A stretch of 64,000 bases of DNA, taken from contig DASPJA010000022.1 of the NCBI GenBank assembly GCA_035628835.1, forward strand, positions 8,894 to 72,893, read 5' to 3'. The number at the start of each line of letters is the position of its first letter. Positions within the stretch are counted from its first letter, which is position 1. This document shows positions 48,084 to 59,282 of this stretch, in pieces. The position numbers and the translations under genes were made by a program. Under the pieces are notes generated by a model. The model was not told the origin of the DNA. It did no database searches and saw nothing but the letters and a program-made list of their open reading frames with translations. Origin of the DNA: Allosphingosinicella sp. GTDB taxonomy: Bacteria > Pseudomonadota > Alphaproteobacteria > Sphingomonadales > Sphingomonadaceae.

Positions 48084-49008
48084 GGCTTCCTCTTCGCGGC
48101 CGCGGCTGGCGCTTATCGCGGGGCCGACCGCCAGCGGCAAGTCGGCGCTCGCTTTGGCGCTGGCGGAGACGGCCGGCGGAACGATCATCAACGCCGACAG
48201 CGCGCAAATTTATGCGGATCTGCGCATAGTCTCGGCACGACCGTCGGCCGCCGACGAGGCGCGGGTCCCGCACCGTCTCTACGGCTGCCGGGACGCCGCC
48301 CTGCCCTGCTCCGCGGCGGACTGGGCCGGCGACGCCAGGCGGGAGATCGAGGCGGCCCGGGCGGCGGGAAGACTTCCGATCCTCGCCGGCGGCACCGGCC
48401 TCTACATCCGCACCCTGCTCGACGGAATCGCCCCGGTGCCCGACATCGATCCGGCGATCAGGGCGGCGGTGCGGTCGTTCACCGTCCGGCATGCCTATGC
48501 GGCGCTTGAGCGCGAGGATCCGGACGCCGCGGCGCGGCTCCGGCCGTCCGACGCCACCCGGGTGGCGCGGGCGCTCGAGGTGATCCGCTCGACCGGCCGC
48601 CCTTTGTCCGAATGGCAGAAGGAGCGGTCGGGCGGGATCGCGGGCGAGGTCGATCTCGTTCCGCTGCTGCTTCTGCCGCCGCGCGACTGGCTGTACGAAC
48701 GCTGCGACCGTCGCTTCGAGGAAATCCTTTCTGATCAGGGCGTAGAAGAGGTTCGTTCGCTGCTGGAGCGAGGTTTGAACCCGATGCTGCCGGCGATGCG
48801 GGCGATCGGCGTTCGCGACATCGCCGCCTTCCTGAGCGGCGAGCTGTCGCGCGCCGAGGCACTGGCGGCGGGCCGAACCGCCACCCGCCAATATGCCAAG
48901 CGCCAATATACCTGGTTCTCGCGCCAGCCGCCGGCGGAATGGCCGCGCTTCACGGAGCCGCTGGAGGGAGAGGCACTGGCGAGGGCCTTGGCGATGCTGG
49001 CGCGTTGA
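48082..49008 (+). CDS. miaA: tRNA dimethylallyltransferase
   Basis: [34 protein letters not shown]. Confidence 0.95.
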   Translation: MASSSRPRLALIAGPTASGKSALALALAETAGGTIINADSAQIYADLRIVSARPSAADEARVPHRLYGCRDAALPCSAADWAGDARREIEAARAAGRLPILAGGTGLYIRTLLDGIAPVPDIDPAIRAAVRSFTVRHAYAALEREDPDAAARLRPSDATRVARALEVIRSTGRPLSEWQKERSGGIAGEVDLVPLLLLPPRDWLYERCDRRFEEILSDQGVEEVRSLLERGLNPMLPAMRAIGVRDIAAFLSGELSRAEALAAGRTATRQYAKRQYTWFSRQPPAEWPRFTEPLEGEALARALAMLAR

Positions 49009-49017
49009 TCTCCATCA

Positions 49018-49103
49018 TCCGTTCGGGCCGAGCTTGTCGAAGCCCTGCCCTTCCTACTACCGGGGGACAAGGAAAGCCCTTCGACAGGCTCAGGGCGAAC
49101 GGA
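49018..49103. repeat. Family D palindromic element
   Basis: tccgttcgggccgagcttgtcgaag...cttcgacaggctcagggcgaacgga. Confidence 0.8.
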
Positions 49104-49116
49104 GTAGCTTGATCCC

Positions 49117-50106
49117 ATGCGCGTCTATCTCGATGCCGACGCCGACCTCGCCCTGATCCGCGGCCGCCGGGTGGCCGTGATCGGCTACGGCAACCAGGGA
49201 CGCGCCCAGGCCCTCAACCTGCGCGACAGCGGGATCGCCGTGGCCGTCGGCCTTCCCGAGGGATCGCCCAGCCGGGCGCGCGCGCGGGCGGACGGGTTCG
49301 AGGTCATGACGGCGGCGGAAGCCTCTGAAAAAGCGGACGTCGTGGTGATTCTGGCGGCCGACGAGCTCCACGCGCGAATCTATGCCGGGGAGGTGGCGCC
49401 CAACCTCGCCGAGGGCTCGGCCCTCGTCTTCGCGCACGGGCTCAGCATCCGCTTCGGCCTCGTCGAGCCGAGGCCGGATCTCGACGTCCTGCTCGTCGCT
49501 CCGAAGGGGCCCGGCACCGCGCTTCGAAGCGAATATGAGCAGGGCCGCGGCCTTATCGCGCTGTTCGCCGTCCACCAGGATCCGTCCGGCGGCGCCAGGG
49601 CCACCGCCCTCTCCTATGCCGCGGCGATCGGCAGCGGCCGCACCGGCATCCTCGAGACCAGCTTCGCCGAGGAATGCGAGGCGGACCTGTTCAACGAGCA
49701 GGCGGTCCTGTGGGGCGCGATACCGGAGCTGATCCATGCCGGCTTCGAGACTTTGGTCGACGCCGGTTTCTCCCCGGAAATCGCGTATTTCGAATGTCTT
49801 ACCGAGGTGAAGCTGATAGCCGATCTCATCTACGAGCGGGGCATAGCCGGGATGCGCGAGGCGATCTCCAACACCGCCGAGTTCGGCGCCCTCAAGGGCG
49901 GCACCCGGATCGTCACCGCCGACACGAGGACGGAGATGCGCCGGATCCTTCGCGAGGTGCGCGGCGGCGGCTTCGTCAGGGAGCTGATCGCCGACGCCGA
50001 AGCGGGCTATCCGAGGCTGAAGTCGAGCCGGGCCAGAGCGGCCGTCCACCCGATCGAGGAGGTCGCCGCGCGGCTCCGGGCGCTGGCGGCGGGCGCCGGT
50101 GGCTGA
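49117..50106 (+). CDS. ilvC: Ketol-acid reductoisomerase
   Basis: IGYGNQG.AQALNLRDSG, VAPKGPG, ISNTAEFG. Confidence 0.93.
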   Translation: MRVYLDADADLALIRGRRVAVIGYGNQGRAQALNLRDSGIAVAVGLPEGSPSRARARADGFEVMTAAEASEKADVVVILAADELHARIYAGEVAPNLAEGSALVFAHGLSIRFGLVEPRPDLDVLLVAPKGPGTALRSEYEQGRGLIALFAVHQDPSGGARATALSYAAAIGSGRTGILETSFAEECEADLFNEQAVLWGAIPELIHAGFETLVDAGFSPEIAYFECLTEVKLIADLIYERGIAGMREAISNTAEFGALKGGTRIVTADTRTEMRRILREVRGGGFVRELIADAEAGYPRLKSSRARAAVHPIEEVAARLRALAAGAGG

Positions 50107-50449
50107 GCGCCGCGCCTGGCGCCCGCGCCGGCTGCTGGAAGGGGCGTTCGCCGCCGCCGTGGGCGCCGGCCTTTTGTGGTGCGCCTGGGGATATTGGTAC
50201 GACCGGCGGATGCCGGAGCGGCTCGAGCGGATCCATCTCGGAATGGACCGCAAGGCGGCCGAGGCGATCCTCGGCCGGCCCGACTGGGAGGGGACATGCG
50301 GCGCCCGGATCGCCTCGCTTCCGCGCGAGGGCTGCGCCCGCGAGCTCGGCTATGCCTCGCCCTTCGCTCTGATCGTCCCGAAACATTATCTCGTCCAGCT
50401 CGACCGTGGCGGCCGGGTGATCGAGGCGGAAATCATCGCCGGGCGGTAA
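50099..50449 (+). CDS. Hypothetical membrane-anchored protein (SmpA/BamE-like motif)
   Basis: GTG overlaps the ilvC end; TM segment; IHLGMDRKAAEAILGRP. Confidence 0.6.
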   Translation: MAERRAWRPRRLLEGAFAAAVGAGLLWCAWGYWYDRRMPERLERIHLGMDRKAAEAILGRPDWEGTCGARIASLPREGCARELGYASPFALIVPKHYLVQLDRGGRVIEAEIIAGR

Positions 50450-50571
50450 TCCGCATCGCCCCCCGCGAAAATCCGGCGAGGGAGACTTTTGCGCTCCGGC
50501 TCTCCGATTGACCCTGATCGCGGCTTGAGTCTAACGGCGGCCATGCCCGACGTCCCGTCCCTCCGAGGCCG

Positions 50572-51411
50572 ATGAGCGCCCGCTCCCGTCCCGCCTGGCT
50601 GCCCCCGCCCGACGGCGCCCGCGACCCGCGCATCGAGGATCCGACCAATTTGCGGGTGGTCCATCTCGCCGGCCGGATGCTTCTTCCGCTGGCGCTCAGG
50701 GCGAGGATTTCGGCCAATGCCGTGTCGGTGGCGGGCCTTGCCGTCGGCACCGGCGCCGCTCTGGCCTATCTGGGCTGGCGCGACCCGGGGCTGGCGACGC
50801 TGGGCTTCCTGCTGACCGTCGCCTGGCTGGTCTTCGACGGCCTCGACGGAATGGTCGCCCGGGCGACCGGCACCGCCAGCCCGCTCGGCCGCTTCCTCGA
50901 CGGCCTGTGCGACCATGGCGTGTTCCTGATCCTCTATCTGGCGCTCGGCGCGGCCATCGACACTCCGCAGGCCTGGATCACCGGCACCGTCGCCGGCTTC
51001 GTCCACGGGCTGCAGGCCAATCTCTACGAGAGCGAGCGCGCCCGCTACCACCGCCGGGTCCGGGGCGACCCCGGCGGCGGGTCGCCTCCCCCCTCGCCCA
51101 ACGCGGTGGCGCGCGCCTACGACCGGCTCGCCGGCTCGCTCGACCGCCTCGCCGGCCGCTTCGACCAGGCCCTGGCGGCGGCGCCCGACCGGCGCGGGCT
51201 CGCGGCCGCCTATGGCGAGCGCGCGGCGCCGGCGCTGAAGCTCATGAACCTGCTCAACGCCAATGCGCGAATCGTCGTCCTCTACGCCGCCTGCCTGGCC
51301 GGCGATCCGATGCTGTTCTGGTGGTGGACCCTGGGGCCGCTCACCCTTGTGACGGCGGCCGGCCTGATCTGGCACCGGCGGATCGAGGCTCGGCTGGCCG
51401 CCCAGGCCTAG
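50572..51411 (+). CDS. CDP-alcohol phosphatidyltransferase family protein
   Basis: DGLDGMVARATG..S..GRFLDGLCD signature. Confidence 0.9.
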   Translation: MSARSRPAWLPPPDGARDPRIEDPTNLRVVHLAGRMLLPLALRARISANAVSVAGLAVGTGAALAYLGWRDPGLATLGFLLTVAWLVFDGLDGMVARATGTASPLGRFLDGLCDHGVFLILYLALGAAIDTPQAWITGTVAGFVHGLQANLYESERARYHRRVRGDPGGGSPPPSPNAVARAYDRLAGSLDRLAGRFDQALAAAPDRRGLAAAYGERAAPALKLMNLLNANARIVVLYAACLAGDPMLFWWWTLGPLTLVTAAGLIWHRRIEARLAAQA

Positions 51412-51438
51412 AACCCCCGAACAATTTCAATCGCTTGG

Positions 51439-51461
51439 AAGTTGGTGCCTGGCACCGATTT
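51439..51461. repeat. Family F 23-bp palindrome, followed by a family B remnant to 51474
   Basis: aagttggtgcc-t-ggcaccgattt, then tcgcggaatgacg. Confidence 0.8.
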
Positions 51462-51487
51462 TCGCGGAATGACGAGGGCGGGACGAT

Positions 51488-51715
51488 TCATTCCTGCCGG
51501 CCGGTCGCGCGGTTCCACGTCCACACTGCCAGCAGGGCGACCGGAAAGACGGAGAGCCCTATGACCCAACCTTCTTCGGACATGAAGTGGATGACGTTCT
51601 CAATCGTGCCGCAGGGGGCATCGAAACAGATCCTTCGGTCCGACGCGTAGAGGCAGTAAAGAAGCATCGCGGCGAAGGCCGCGACGGCCGCGATCAGGAT
51701 GTCCTTGCGCTTCAC
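51488..51715 (-). CDS. Small 2-TM hypothetical protein
   Basis: 75 aa; two hydrophobic helices and a CxxxxC loop; AAGGG upstream of GTG. Confidence 0.55.
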   Translation of the reverse strand: MKRKDILIAAVAAFAAMLLYCLYASDRRICFDAPCGTIENVIHFMSEEGWVIGLSVFPVALLAVWTWNRATGRQE

Positions 51716-51739
51716 GGGCCCTTTTGTCCCCCGACCACC

Positions 51740-51762
51740 CCTTTGGTGCCAGGCACCGATTT
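51740..51762. repeat. Family F 23-bp palindrome
   Basis: ctttggtgcc-a-ggcaccgattt. Confidence 0.8.
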
Positions 51763-51791
51763 ACGCCAGCGCGCCGAGCTGTGCCTCGGGG

Positions 51792-53579
51792 TCATTTGCG
51801 CCCGAACAATTTCTCGATGTCGCCGTGCGCCAGCTTCACCCAGGTGGGGCGGCCGTGGTTGCACTGGCCGCTATGGGGGGTGACCTCCATCTCGCGAAGG
51901 AGGGCGTTCATCTCGGCGACGGAGAGGATCCGCCCCGCCCGGACGGAGCCGTGGCAGGCCATGGTTGCGGCGACATGGTCGAGCCTCTCGCGCAGCGCCA
52001 GGGCTTCATCGAAGGCGGCCAGCTCGTCGGCGAGGTCGGTGACGAGACCCTTGACGTCGCCGTTGCCGAGGATGGCTGGAGTGGCCCGCACCAGAACCGC
52101 CCGGGCGCCGAAACGCTCCAGCTCGAGGCCCATCTCCGTGAGCTCGGCGGCGCGCGCCTCGAGCCGGTCGCAGGCGGGCTCCTCGAGCTCGACCACCTCG
52201 GGGAGGAGCAGGGCCTGGCGGGCGACTCCGCCGTCGGCCATCGCCCGGCGCATCCGCTCCAACACCAGGCGCTCGTGGGCGGCATGCTGGTCGACGAGGA
52301 TGAGGCCGTCCTCCGCCTCGGCGACGATATAGGTGGCGGCGACCTGGCCGCGGGCGACTCCGAGCGGGAAGGAACAGGCCTCGGGCGGAGGCGCGAAAGC
52401 GGATTCGCCCCGGGCGGCCGGGGCGAAATCGTAGGACGCGCGGGACTCCCCGACCTTCCCCGTCACCCCCGCGAAAGCGGGGGTCCCGCTTCCTTGCTGA
52501 TTCCACAAATAGGAAAAAGCGGGATTCCCGCTTTCGCGGGAATGACCGGGCTCCGGTCGCCAGGGCACATCCGCCGCCGGCCGCTGCACGCTTCGGAACC
52601 CCGCCGAATCGAGAGCGTGCCTCAAACCGCCGACGATCAGGCCGCGGATCCCGGCCGGGTCGCGGAACCGGACCTCGGTCCTGGCCGGGTGGACGTTGAC
52701 GTCGACCTCGTCGCCCGGGAGGTCGATGAACAGGGCGACGACCGGGTGGCGGTCGCGGGCGAGCAGGTCCTGATAGGCGGCGCGGACGGCGCCGATCAGC
52801 AGCCGGTCCTTCACCGGGCGGCCGTTGACGAACAGATATTGATGGTCGCCGACTCCGCGGTTGAAGGTCGGCAGGCCGGCGACCCCGCCGAGGCGCGCCG
52901 GGCCGCGGTCGTAGGAGAGGGCGACGCTGTTCTCGTGCAGGGCCCGGTCGGTCAGGGCGGCGACCCGCTGAGGCCGCTCCTCGCCCGGCTGGACCGAGAG
53001 GGTGCGGCGGCCGTCATGCTCGAGGGTGAAGCCGATGTCGGGCCGCGCCATCGCGAGCCTCTTCACGACGTCGAGGCAGGCCGCATATTCGGAGCGCTCC
53101 GAGCGCAGGAACTTGCGGCGTGCGGGCACCCGGGCGAACAATTGCTCGACCCGGATGCGGGTTCCGGGCGGGAGCGCCGCCGGCCCCTCCCCTTCCAGCC
53201 GGCCGTTGTCGACGATGCGCGACCAGCCGTCGGCGCCGCGCACCCGGCTCTCGACGGCGAGGCGGGCGACGCTGGCGATCGACGGCAGAGCCTCGCCGCG
53301 GAAGCCCAGCGTGGTGACGGATTCGATCTCCTCGCCCGGCAATTTGGAGGTAGCGTGGCGCTCGAGCGCGAGCGCCATGTCGGCCGGGCTCATCCCGCAG
53401 CCGTCGTCGGCGACCTCGATCCGGCCGGTGCCGCCGCCGCCGAGCGAAATGGCGATGCGGGTGGCGCCGGCGTCGATCGCGTTCTCGACCAGCTCCTTCA
53501 ACGCGCTGGCCGGTCTTTCCACCACTTCGCCCGCCGCGATGCGGTTGACGAGATGCTCGGGCAGGCGGCGTATTGACAT
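51792..53579 (-). CDS. mutL: DNA mismatch repair protein MutL
   Basis: IAAGEVVERP, GFRGEAL, DQHAAHER, CNHGRPT. Confidence 0.97.
   Translation of the reverse strand: MSIRRLPEHLVNRIAAGEVVERPASALKELVENAIDAGATRIAISLGGGGTGRIEVADDGCGMSPADMALALERHATSKLPGEEIESVTTLGFRGEALPSIASVARLAVESRVRGADGWSRIVDNGRLEGEGPAALPPGTRIRVEQLFARVPARRKFLRSERSEYAACLDVVKRLAMARPDIGFTLEHDGRRTLSVQPGEERPQRVAALTDRALHENSVALSYDRGPARLGGVAGLPTFNRGVGDHQYLFVNGRPVKDRLLIGAVRAAYQDLLARDRHPVVALFIDLPGDEVDVNVHPARTEVRFRDPAGIRGLIVGGLRHALDSAGFRSVQRPAADVPWRPEPGHSRESGNPAFSYLWNQQGSGTPAFAGVTGKVGESRASYDFAPAARGESAFAPPPEACSFPLGVARGQVAATYIVAEAEDGLILVDQHAAHERLVLERMRRAMADGGVARQALLLPEVVELEEPACDRLEARAAELTEMGLELERFGARAVLVRATPAILGNGDVKGLVTDLADELAAFDEALALRERLDHVAATMACHGSVRAGRILSVAEMNALLREMEVTPHSGQCNHGRPTWVKLAHGDIEKLFGRK
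52462..52546. repeat. Family B-related element inserted in frame in the MutL linker
   Basis: gtcacccccgcgaaagcgggggtcccgctt...aagcgggattcccgctttcgcgggaatgac. Confidence 0.85.
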
Positions 53580-53662
53580 CGATCCGGTCACTAGACCAAG
53601 CCCGGCTTTCCCGCGAGCCTTGTTAACTCATTTGTGGAACAAGGGGCCGGGCCATCCTATAG

Positions 53663-54766
<1,104 letters not shown>

Positions 54767-54789
54767 GACCGGGCCTGGGAGGCTCATAG

Positions 54790-55689
54790 ATGGCGCCGCC
54801 ATCGACCCGCCGCCCCGGTTTCTCCCGCCGGGCGCAATACGGGCTTTTCCTCGGCTATGTGATGGCGGTGGGGGGAGTCCTGTTCGCGGGGCTGCTGCTC
54901 GTCATCGCCGTCATCGACCCGAGCGGGTTCAACGCGCTCAAGGGCCTGGCGCTCGACGTCACCAGCCCAGTGTCGTCGGCGGGGCGCGGAGTTTCGCGCT
55001 TCTTCGGCGGCATCGGCGATTCGGTCGGCAATTACGTCCAGGCCGGAAACCAGAATGCCGAGCTTAAGCGGCGGCTGCAGGAATCGCGGCGCCGGCTGAT
55101 CGAGGCGCAGGCCACCGAGCTGGAGAATAAGAGGCTCAAGGCGCTGCTGGGGCTCACCCGCGAAACCGAGAATCCGGTCGCCGTGACCCGGATCGTCGGC
55201 TCCTCCTTCGCCTCCGTCCGCCGCCTCGCCACCCTCTCCGCCGGAGCCTCGGCCGGAGTTCAGCCGGGCCAGCCGGTGCGCTCCGCCGACGGCCTCGTCG
55301 GACGCGTGATCGAGACAGGGCGCTGGGCCAGCCGGGTCCTGCTTGTCGCCGACAGCGCCAGCAACGTGCCGGTTCGGCTGGTCCGCGACGGCACTCCGGC
55401 GATCGCCACCGGCCATGGCGACGGAACGGTCGACCTCAAGACCTTGGAAGTGGGCAAGAACCCCTTCCGCCGCGGCGACGTCCTGGTCACGTCCGGCGTT
55501 GGCGGAGTCTATCCGCCCGACATTCCCGTCGCCGTGGTGGTGTCGGTCCAGGGGGACCGGACGGTGGCGAAGCCGCTCGCCGATCCCTCCAACGTCGAAT
55601 ATGCGGTGGTCCTCCCGGTCTACCAGGCGCTGGCCGACACGCCCCTCTCCGAAGCGACGGAGAGCGCCCTGAGGGGCGCCTCGCAATGA
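54790..55689 (+). CDS. mreC: Rod shape-determining protein MreC
   Basis: TM, coiled coil, GLVGRV, TSGVGGVYP. Confidence 0.92.
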   Translation: MAPPSTRRPGFSRRAQYGLFLGYVMAVGGVLFAGLLLVIAVIDPSGFNALKGLALDVTSPVSSAGRGVSRFFGGIGDSVGNYVQAGNQNAELKRRLQESRRRLIEAQATELENKRLKALLGLTRETENPVAVTRIVGSSFASVRRLATLSAGASAGVQPGQPVRSADGLVGRVIETGRWASRVLLVADSASNVPVRLVRDGTPAIATGHGDGTVDLKTLEVGKNPFRRGDVLVTSGVGGVYPPDIPVAVVVSVQGDRTVAKPLADPSNVEYAVVLPVYQALADTPLSEATESALRGASQ

Positions 55690-56201
55690 GCCGGATCGCC
55701 GGGTCGAGCCGCGACGTCGCCTTGCTCGGCTTCCGCCGCCAGTGGCTGCCCATCCTGACCACGCTCGCGGCGTCGCTGCTCGCCCTCTTCCCCTATGTCG
55801 CTTCCCGGCCGATCGTCCCCGATTTCGCCTATCTGGTGCTGCTCGCCTGGCGGCTGCTGCGGCCCGAAATGTGGCAGGCCCACATCGCCCTGCCGCTCGG
55901 CCTGTTCAACGATCTCGTCGCCGGGCTGCCGGTAGGACAGTCCATGGCCCTGTGGACCCTGACCTTCCTCATCCTCGACATCGTCGACAGCCGGGTCGGC
56001 TGGCGCGATTACTGGCTGGACTGGCTGTTCGCGGCCGCCGCAATCCTCTTCTACACCGCCGGCGGCTGGTATGTGGCCCGGGAGATGGGAAGCGTCGTGC
56101 CCTTCGAGGTGCTTCTGCCGCAGCTCGCTCTGTCCGTCTTCGCTTATCCTCTGGTGGCGCGGCTCGTCGTCGCCCTCGACCGATGGCGGCTGGCCCGATG
56201 A
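55686..56201 (+). CDS. mreD: Rod shape-determining protein MreD
   Basis: Hydrophobic; LGLFNDL; operon position. Confidence 0.88.
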   Translation: MSRIAGSSRDVALLGFRRQWLPILTTLAASLLALFPYVASRPIVPDFAYLVLLAWRLLRPEMWQAHIALPLGLFNDLVAGLPVGQSMALWTLTFLILDIVDSRVGWRDYWLDWLFAAAAILFYTAGGWYVAREMGSVVPFEVLLPQLALSVFAYPLVARLVVALDRWRLAR

Positions 56202-58156
56202 AGAGACGCAACCGCGCCGTCGTCACCGAGAGCAGCCAGCTCTTCACCTTCACCCGCCGGGCGATGGTTCTGGGCGGCTTCCAGGGCCTGCTCGGAGCGG
56301 CCCTCGCCGGACGCATGGCCTATATCTCGATCGCCGAGAACGAGCGCTACAAATTGCTCTCCGAGAGCAACCGGGTCCAGCTCCGGCTCATCCCGCCGAG
56401 GCGGGGCTGGATCGTCGACCGGGCGGGGCAGCCGATCGCGATCAACCGAAGCGATTTCCGGGTCGACCTCATCCCCGACCGCCTGAAGGAGCCCGACCGG
56501 ATCATCGCCGAGCTGACCCGCCTGCTCGACCTCCCACCCGACGAGGTGGAGCGGATCCGGGAGGAGCTGAAGCACGCCGCCGGCTATCAGCCGGTGCCGG
56601 TCGCGGAGAATCTCCCGTTCGAGAAATATGCCGCGGTGACCATCCGCCAGCCCGAGCTGCCCGGCGTCGCGCCGCTGCGCTCCTTCTCCCGTTTCTATCC
56701 CGACGGGGCGGCCGTCGCCCACCTGGTCGGCTATGTCGGAACCCCGAACCAGGAGGAATATAAGAAGGAGGGCAAGGCGCCGCTGCTGATCACCCCGGGC
56801 TTCAAGATCGGCAAGGAAGGCGTCGAGAAGACGATGGAGATGCGGCTGCGCGGCCGGCCGGGCGCGCAGCGCGTGGAGGTGACCGCGAGCGGCAAGCTGG
56901 TCCGCAACCTGACCACCCTCCAGGACAAGAGCGGCGGCACCCTGCCGCTCACCATCGATGCGGGCCTGCAGACCTTCGCCGCCCGGCGATTGGGCGAGGA
57001 ATCCGGCTCGGTGGTGGTGCTCGACTGCCTGACCGGCGACATCCTCGCCCTTGCCTCGATGCCGGCCTACGATCCCAACAGCTTCACCGACGGGATCAGC
57101 CGCAACGAGTGGAAGATGCTGTCGGACGACGAGCGCAAGCCCCTGCTCAACAAGGCCCTGAACGGCCTCTACCCACCCGGCTCCACCTTCAAGCCGATGG
57201 TCGCCATGGCGCTTCTGCAGGCGGGCATCGACCCCAAGGCGCGGGTCAATTGCCCCGGCGGCTTCCAGCTCGGCAACCGCTTCTTCCGCTGCCTGGGCCG
57301 CCACGGCCCGATGACCATGCACACCGCGATCGCGCGCAGCTGCAACACCTATTTCTACGCGATGGGCCGCCGCGCCGGAATCGACGTCATCTCGGCCATG
57401 GGCAAGAGGCTCGGCTTCGGCGAGAAGTTCGACATCCCCGTCGTCTCGCAGAATTACGGGACGATGCCGAGCGCCGAGTGGAAGAAGGCACGCTACGAAC
57501 GCAGCGCGAAGCTGGTCGAGCGGCCGGATTGGACCGAGTCCGACACTCTCAACACCTCGATCGGGCAGGGCTTCGTCATCGTCAATCCGCTCCAGCTGGC
57601 GGTGATGTCGGGAAGGATCGCCTCGGGCCGCGACATCCAGCCCAACCTCCTCCAGCGCCGGAGGCCGGCCCCCGCGGCCCTGCCCTTCCCGAAGGAGCAT
57701 TTCGACACCGTCCGCGCCGGAATGTGGGAGGTCGTGAACGGCGCCGGCACCGCCGGCCGAAGCAGGCTCGAGACCCCCGGCATCGAGATGGGCGGAAAGA
57801 CCGGAACCGCCCAGGTCCGGCGAATCACCGGCGGCCAGCGCGGCCAGTCGGGCGCCTGGAAGTATCGCGACCACGGCCTGTTCGTCTGCTTCGCCCCCAC
57901 CGCCAGCCCCCGGTTCGCATGCTCGGTGGTGATCGAGCACGGCATGGGCGGCGCCCGAGCCGCCGCTCCGGTCGCCAAGGACGTGCTCACCTATCTGTTC
58001 GACAAGCCCAGGGCGCTTGAGGCGCTCGCCAAATTCGAGGAGCAATGGGGCGGAACGCTCGACGAGCGCATGGAGCGGCGGGCGCAAAGCTGGCTCGCCG
58101 CGGCCAAGGCCGCCAGGGAGGGCGGTCCCGGCGGCTCGGCCGGGGCGGGCGACTAA
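56198..58156 (+). CDS. mrdA: Penicillin-binding protein 2
   Basis: STFK, SCN and KTG motifs. Confidence 0.95.
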   Translation: MKRRNRAVVTESSQLFTFTRRAMVLGGFQGLLGAALAGRMAYISIAENERYKLLSESNRVQLRLIPPRRGWIVDRAGQPIAINRSDFRVDLIPDRLKEPDRIIAELTRLLDLPPDEVERIREELKHAAGYQPVPVAENLPFEKYAAVTIRQPELPGVAPLRSFSRFYPDGAAVAHLVGYVGTPNQEEYKKEGKAPLLITPGFKIGKEGVEKTMEMRLRGRPGAQRVEVTASGKLVRNLTTLQDKSGGTLPLTIDAGLQTFAARRLGEESGSVVVLDCLTGDILALASMPAYDPNSFTDGISRNEWKMLSDDERKPLLNKALNGLYPPGSTFKPMVAMALLQAGIDPKARVNCPGGFQLGNRFFRCLGRHGPMTMHTAIARSCNTYFYAMGRRAGIDVISAMGKRLGFGEKFDIPVVSQNYGTMPSAEWKKARYERSAKLVERPDWTESDTLNTSIGQGFVIVNPLQLAVMSGRIASGRDIQPNLLQRRRPAPAALPFPKEHFDTVRAGMWEVVNGAGTAGRSRLETPGIEMGGKTGTAQVRRITGGQRGQSGAWKYRDHGLFVCFAPTASPRFACSVVIEHGMGGARAAAPVAKDVLTYLFDKPRALEALAKFEEQWGGTLDERMERRAQSWLAAAKAAREGGPGGSAGAGD

Positions 58157-59262
58157 TGGGCCTCGCCTTCGTCCCGGCCCCGGTGGCGACGCTGCCGTGG
58201 CGGATGCTCGGGATCGTGACCGCCCTGGGCATGGCCGGGGTGCTCGGCCTCTATTCGGCGGCCGGGGGCTTCATGATGCCCTGGGCGCTCCCTCATCTGA
58301 TTCGCTTCCTGGTCTTCCTCGGCCTCGCTCTGGCCTTGTCGAGGATCCGGCCGCAGACCTTTCACGACCTCGCCTTCTTCGCCTATGGCGGCGGCATCCT
58401 GCTGCTCATCCTCACGCTGATGCTGGGAGTCATCGGCGGCGGCGCGCGCAGCTGGCTCGAGCTGGGCTTCGTCCGGATCCAGCCGTCCGAGCTGATGAAG
58501 CCGATCATCGTCCTGACCCTCGCCCGCTTCTACGCCCACGTCCCGCCGGCAGAGATTCGCAGACTATGGGCGATGTGGCCGCTCGCCCTGATCCTCCTCC
58601 CCCCGCTCCTGCTCATCCTGCTCCAGCCTGATCTCGGAACGATGATGCTGATCGTGCTCAACACCATCGCGCTCATGTTCCTCGCCGGGCTTCCGCTGAG
58701 CTGGTTCATCGGCGGCGCCCTCGCCGTCGGGGCGGCGCTGCCGGTCGTCTATTCCTTCCTTCTGCCGCACCAGCAGGACCGGGTGCTGATCTTCCTCAAC
58801 CCGGAGACCGACCCGCTCGGCGCCGGCTATCACCTCACCCAGTCCAAGATCGCGATCGGCTCGGGCGGGGTGTTCGGCAAGGGCTTCCTCAACGGCACCC
58901 AGAGCCACCTCAACTACCTTCCCGAGCAGCATACCGACTTCATCTTCTCGGCGATCGCCGAGGAATGGGGGCTGATCGGCGGCTGCGTCCTGATCCTGCT
59001 CTTCTTCCTTCTGCTGCGCTGGGGGATGGGCGTCGCGCTGGAGGCCAAGGGGCGGTTCGAGCGGCTTGCGGCGGCGGGCCTCACCCTGACCATCTTCTTC
59101 TACATCGCCGTCAACCTGATGATGGTGATGGGGCTGGCGCCGGTCGTCGGGATCCCGCTTCCGCTCGTCTCCTACGGCGGATCGGCGATGCTGACGGTGA
59201 TGATCTGCCTCGGAATCCTGATGTCGATCGAGCGCTCCACGAAGGGCGAAGCGCGCCGGTAA
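58156..59262 (+). CDS. rodA: SEDS peptidoglycan glycosyltransferase RodA
   Basis: QPSELMK, QPDLGT, PEQHTDFIF, SYGGS. Confidence 0.95.
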   Translation: MGLAFVPAPVATLPWRMLGIVTALGMAGVLGLYSAAGGFMMPWALPHLIRFLVFLGLALALSRIRPQTFHDLAFFAYGGGILLLILTLMLGVIGGGARSWLELGFVRIQPSELMKPIIVLTLARFYAHVPPAEIRRLWAMWPLALILLPPLLLILLQPDLGTMMLIVLNTIALMFLAGLPLSWFIGGALAVGAALPVVYSFLLPHQQDRVLIFLNPETDPLGAGYHLTQSKIAIGSGGVFGKGFLNGTQSHLNYLPEQHTDFIFSAIAEEWGLIGGCVLILLFFLLLRWGMGVALEAKGRFERLAAAGLTLTIFFYIAVNLMMVMGLAPVVGIPLPLVSYGGSAMLTVMICLGILMSIERSTKGEARR

Positions 59263-59282
59263 TCCGGCCGCGCGGCCGGGCG

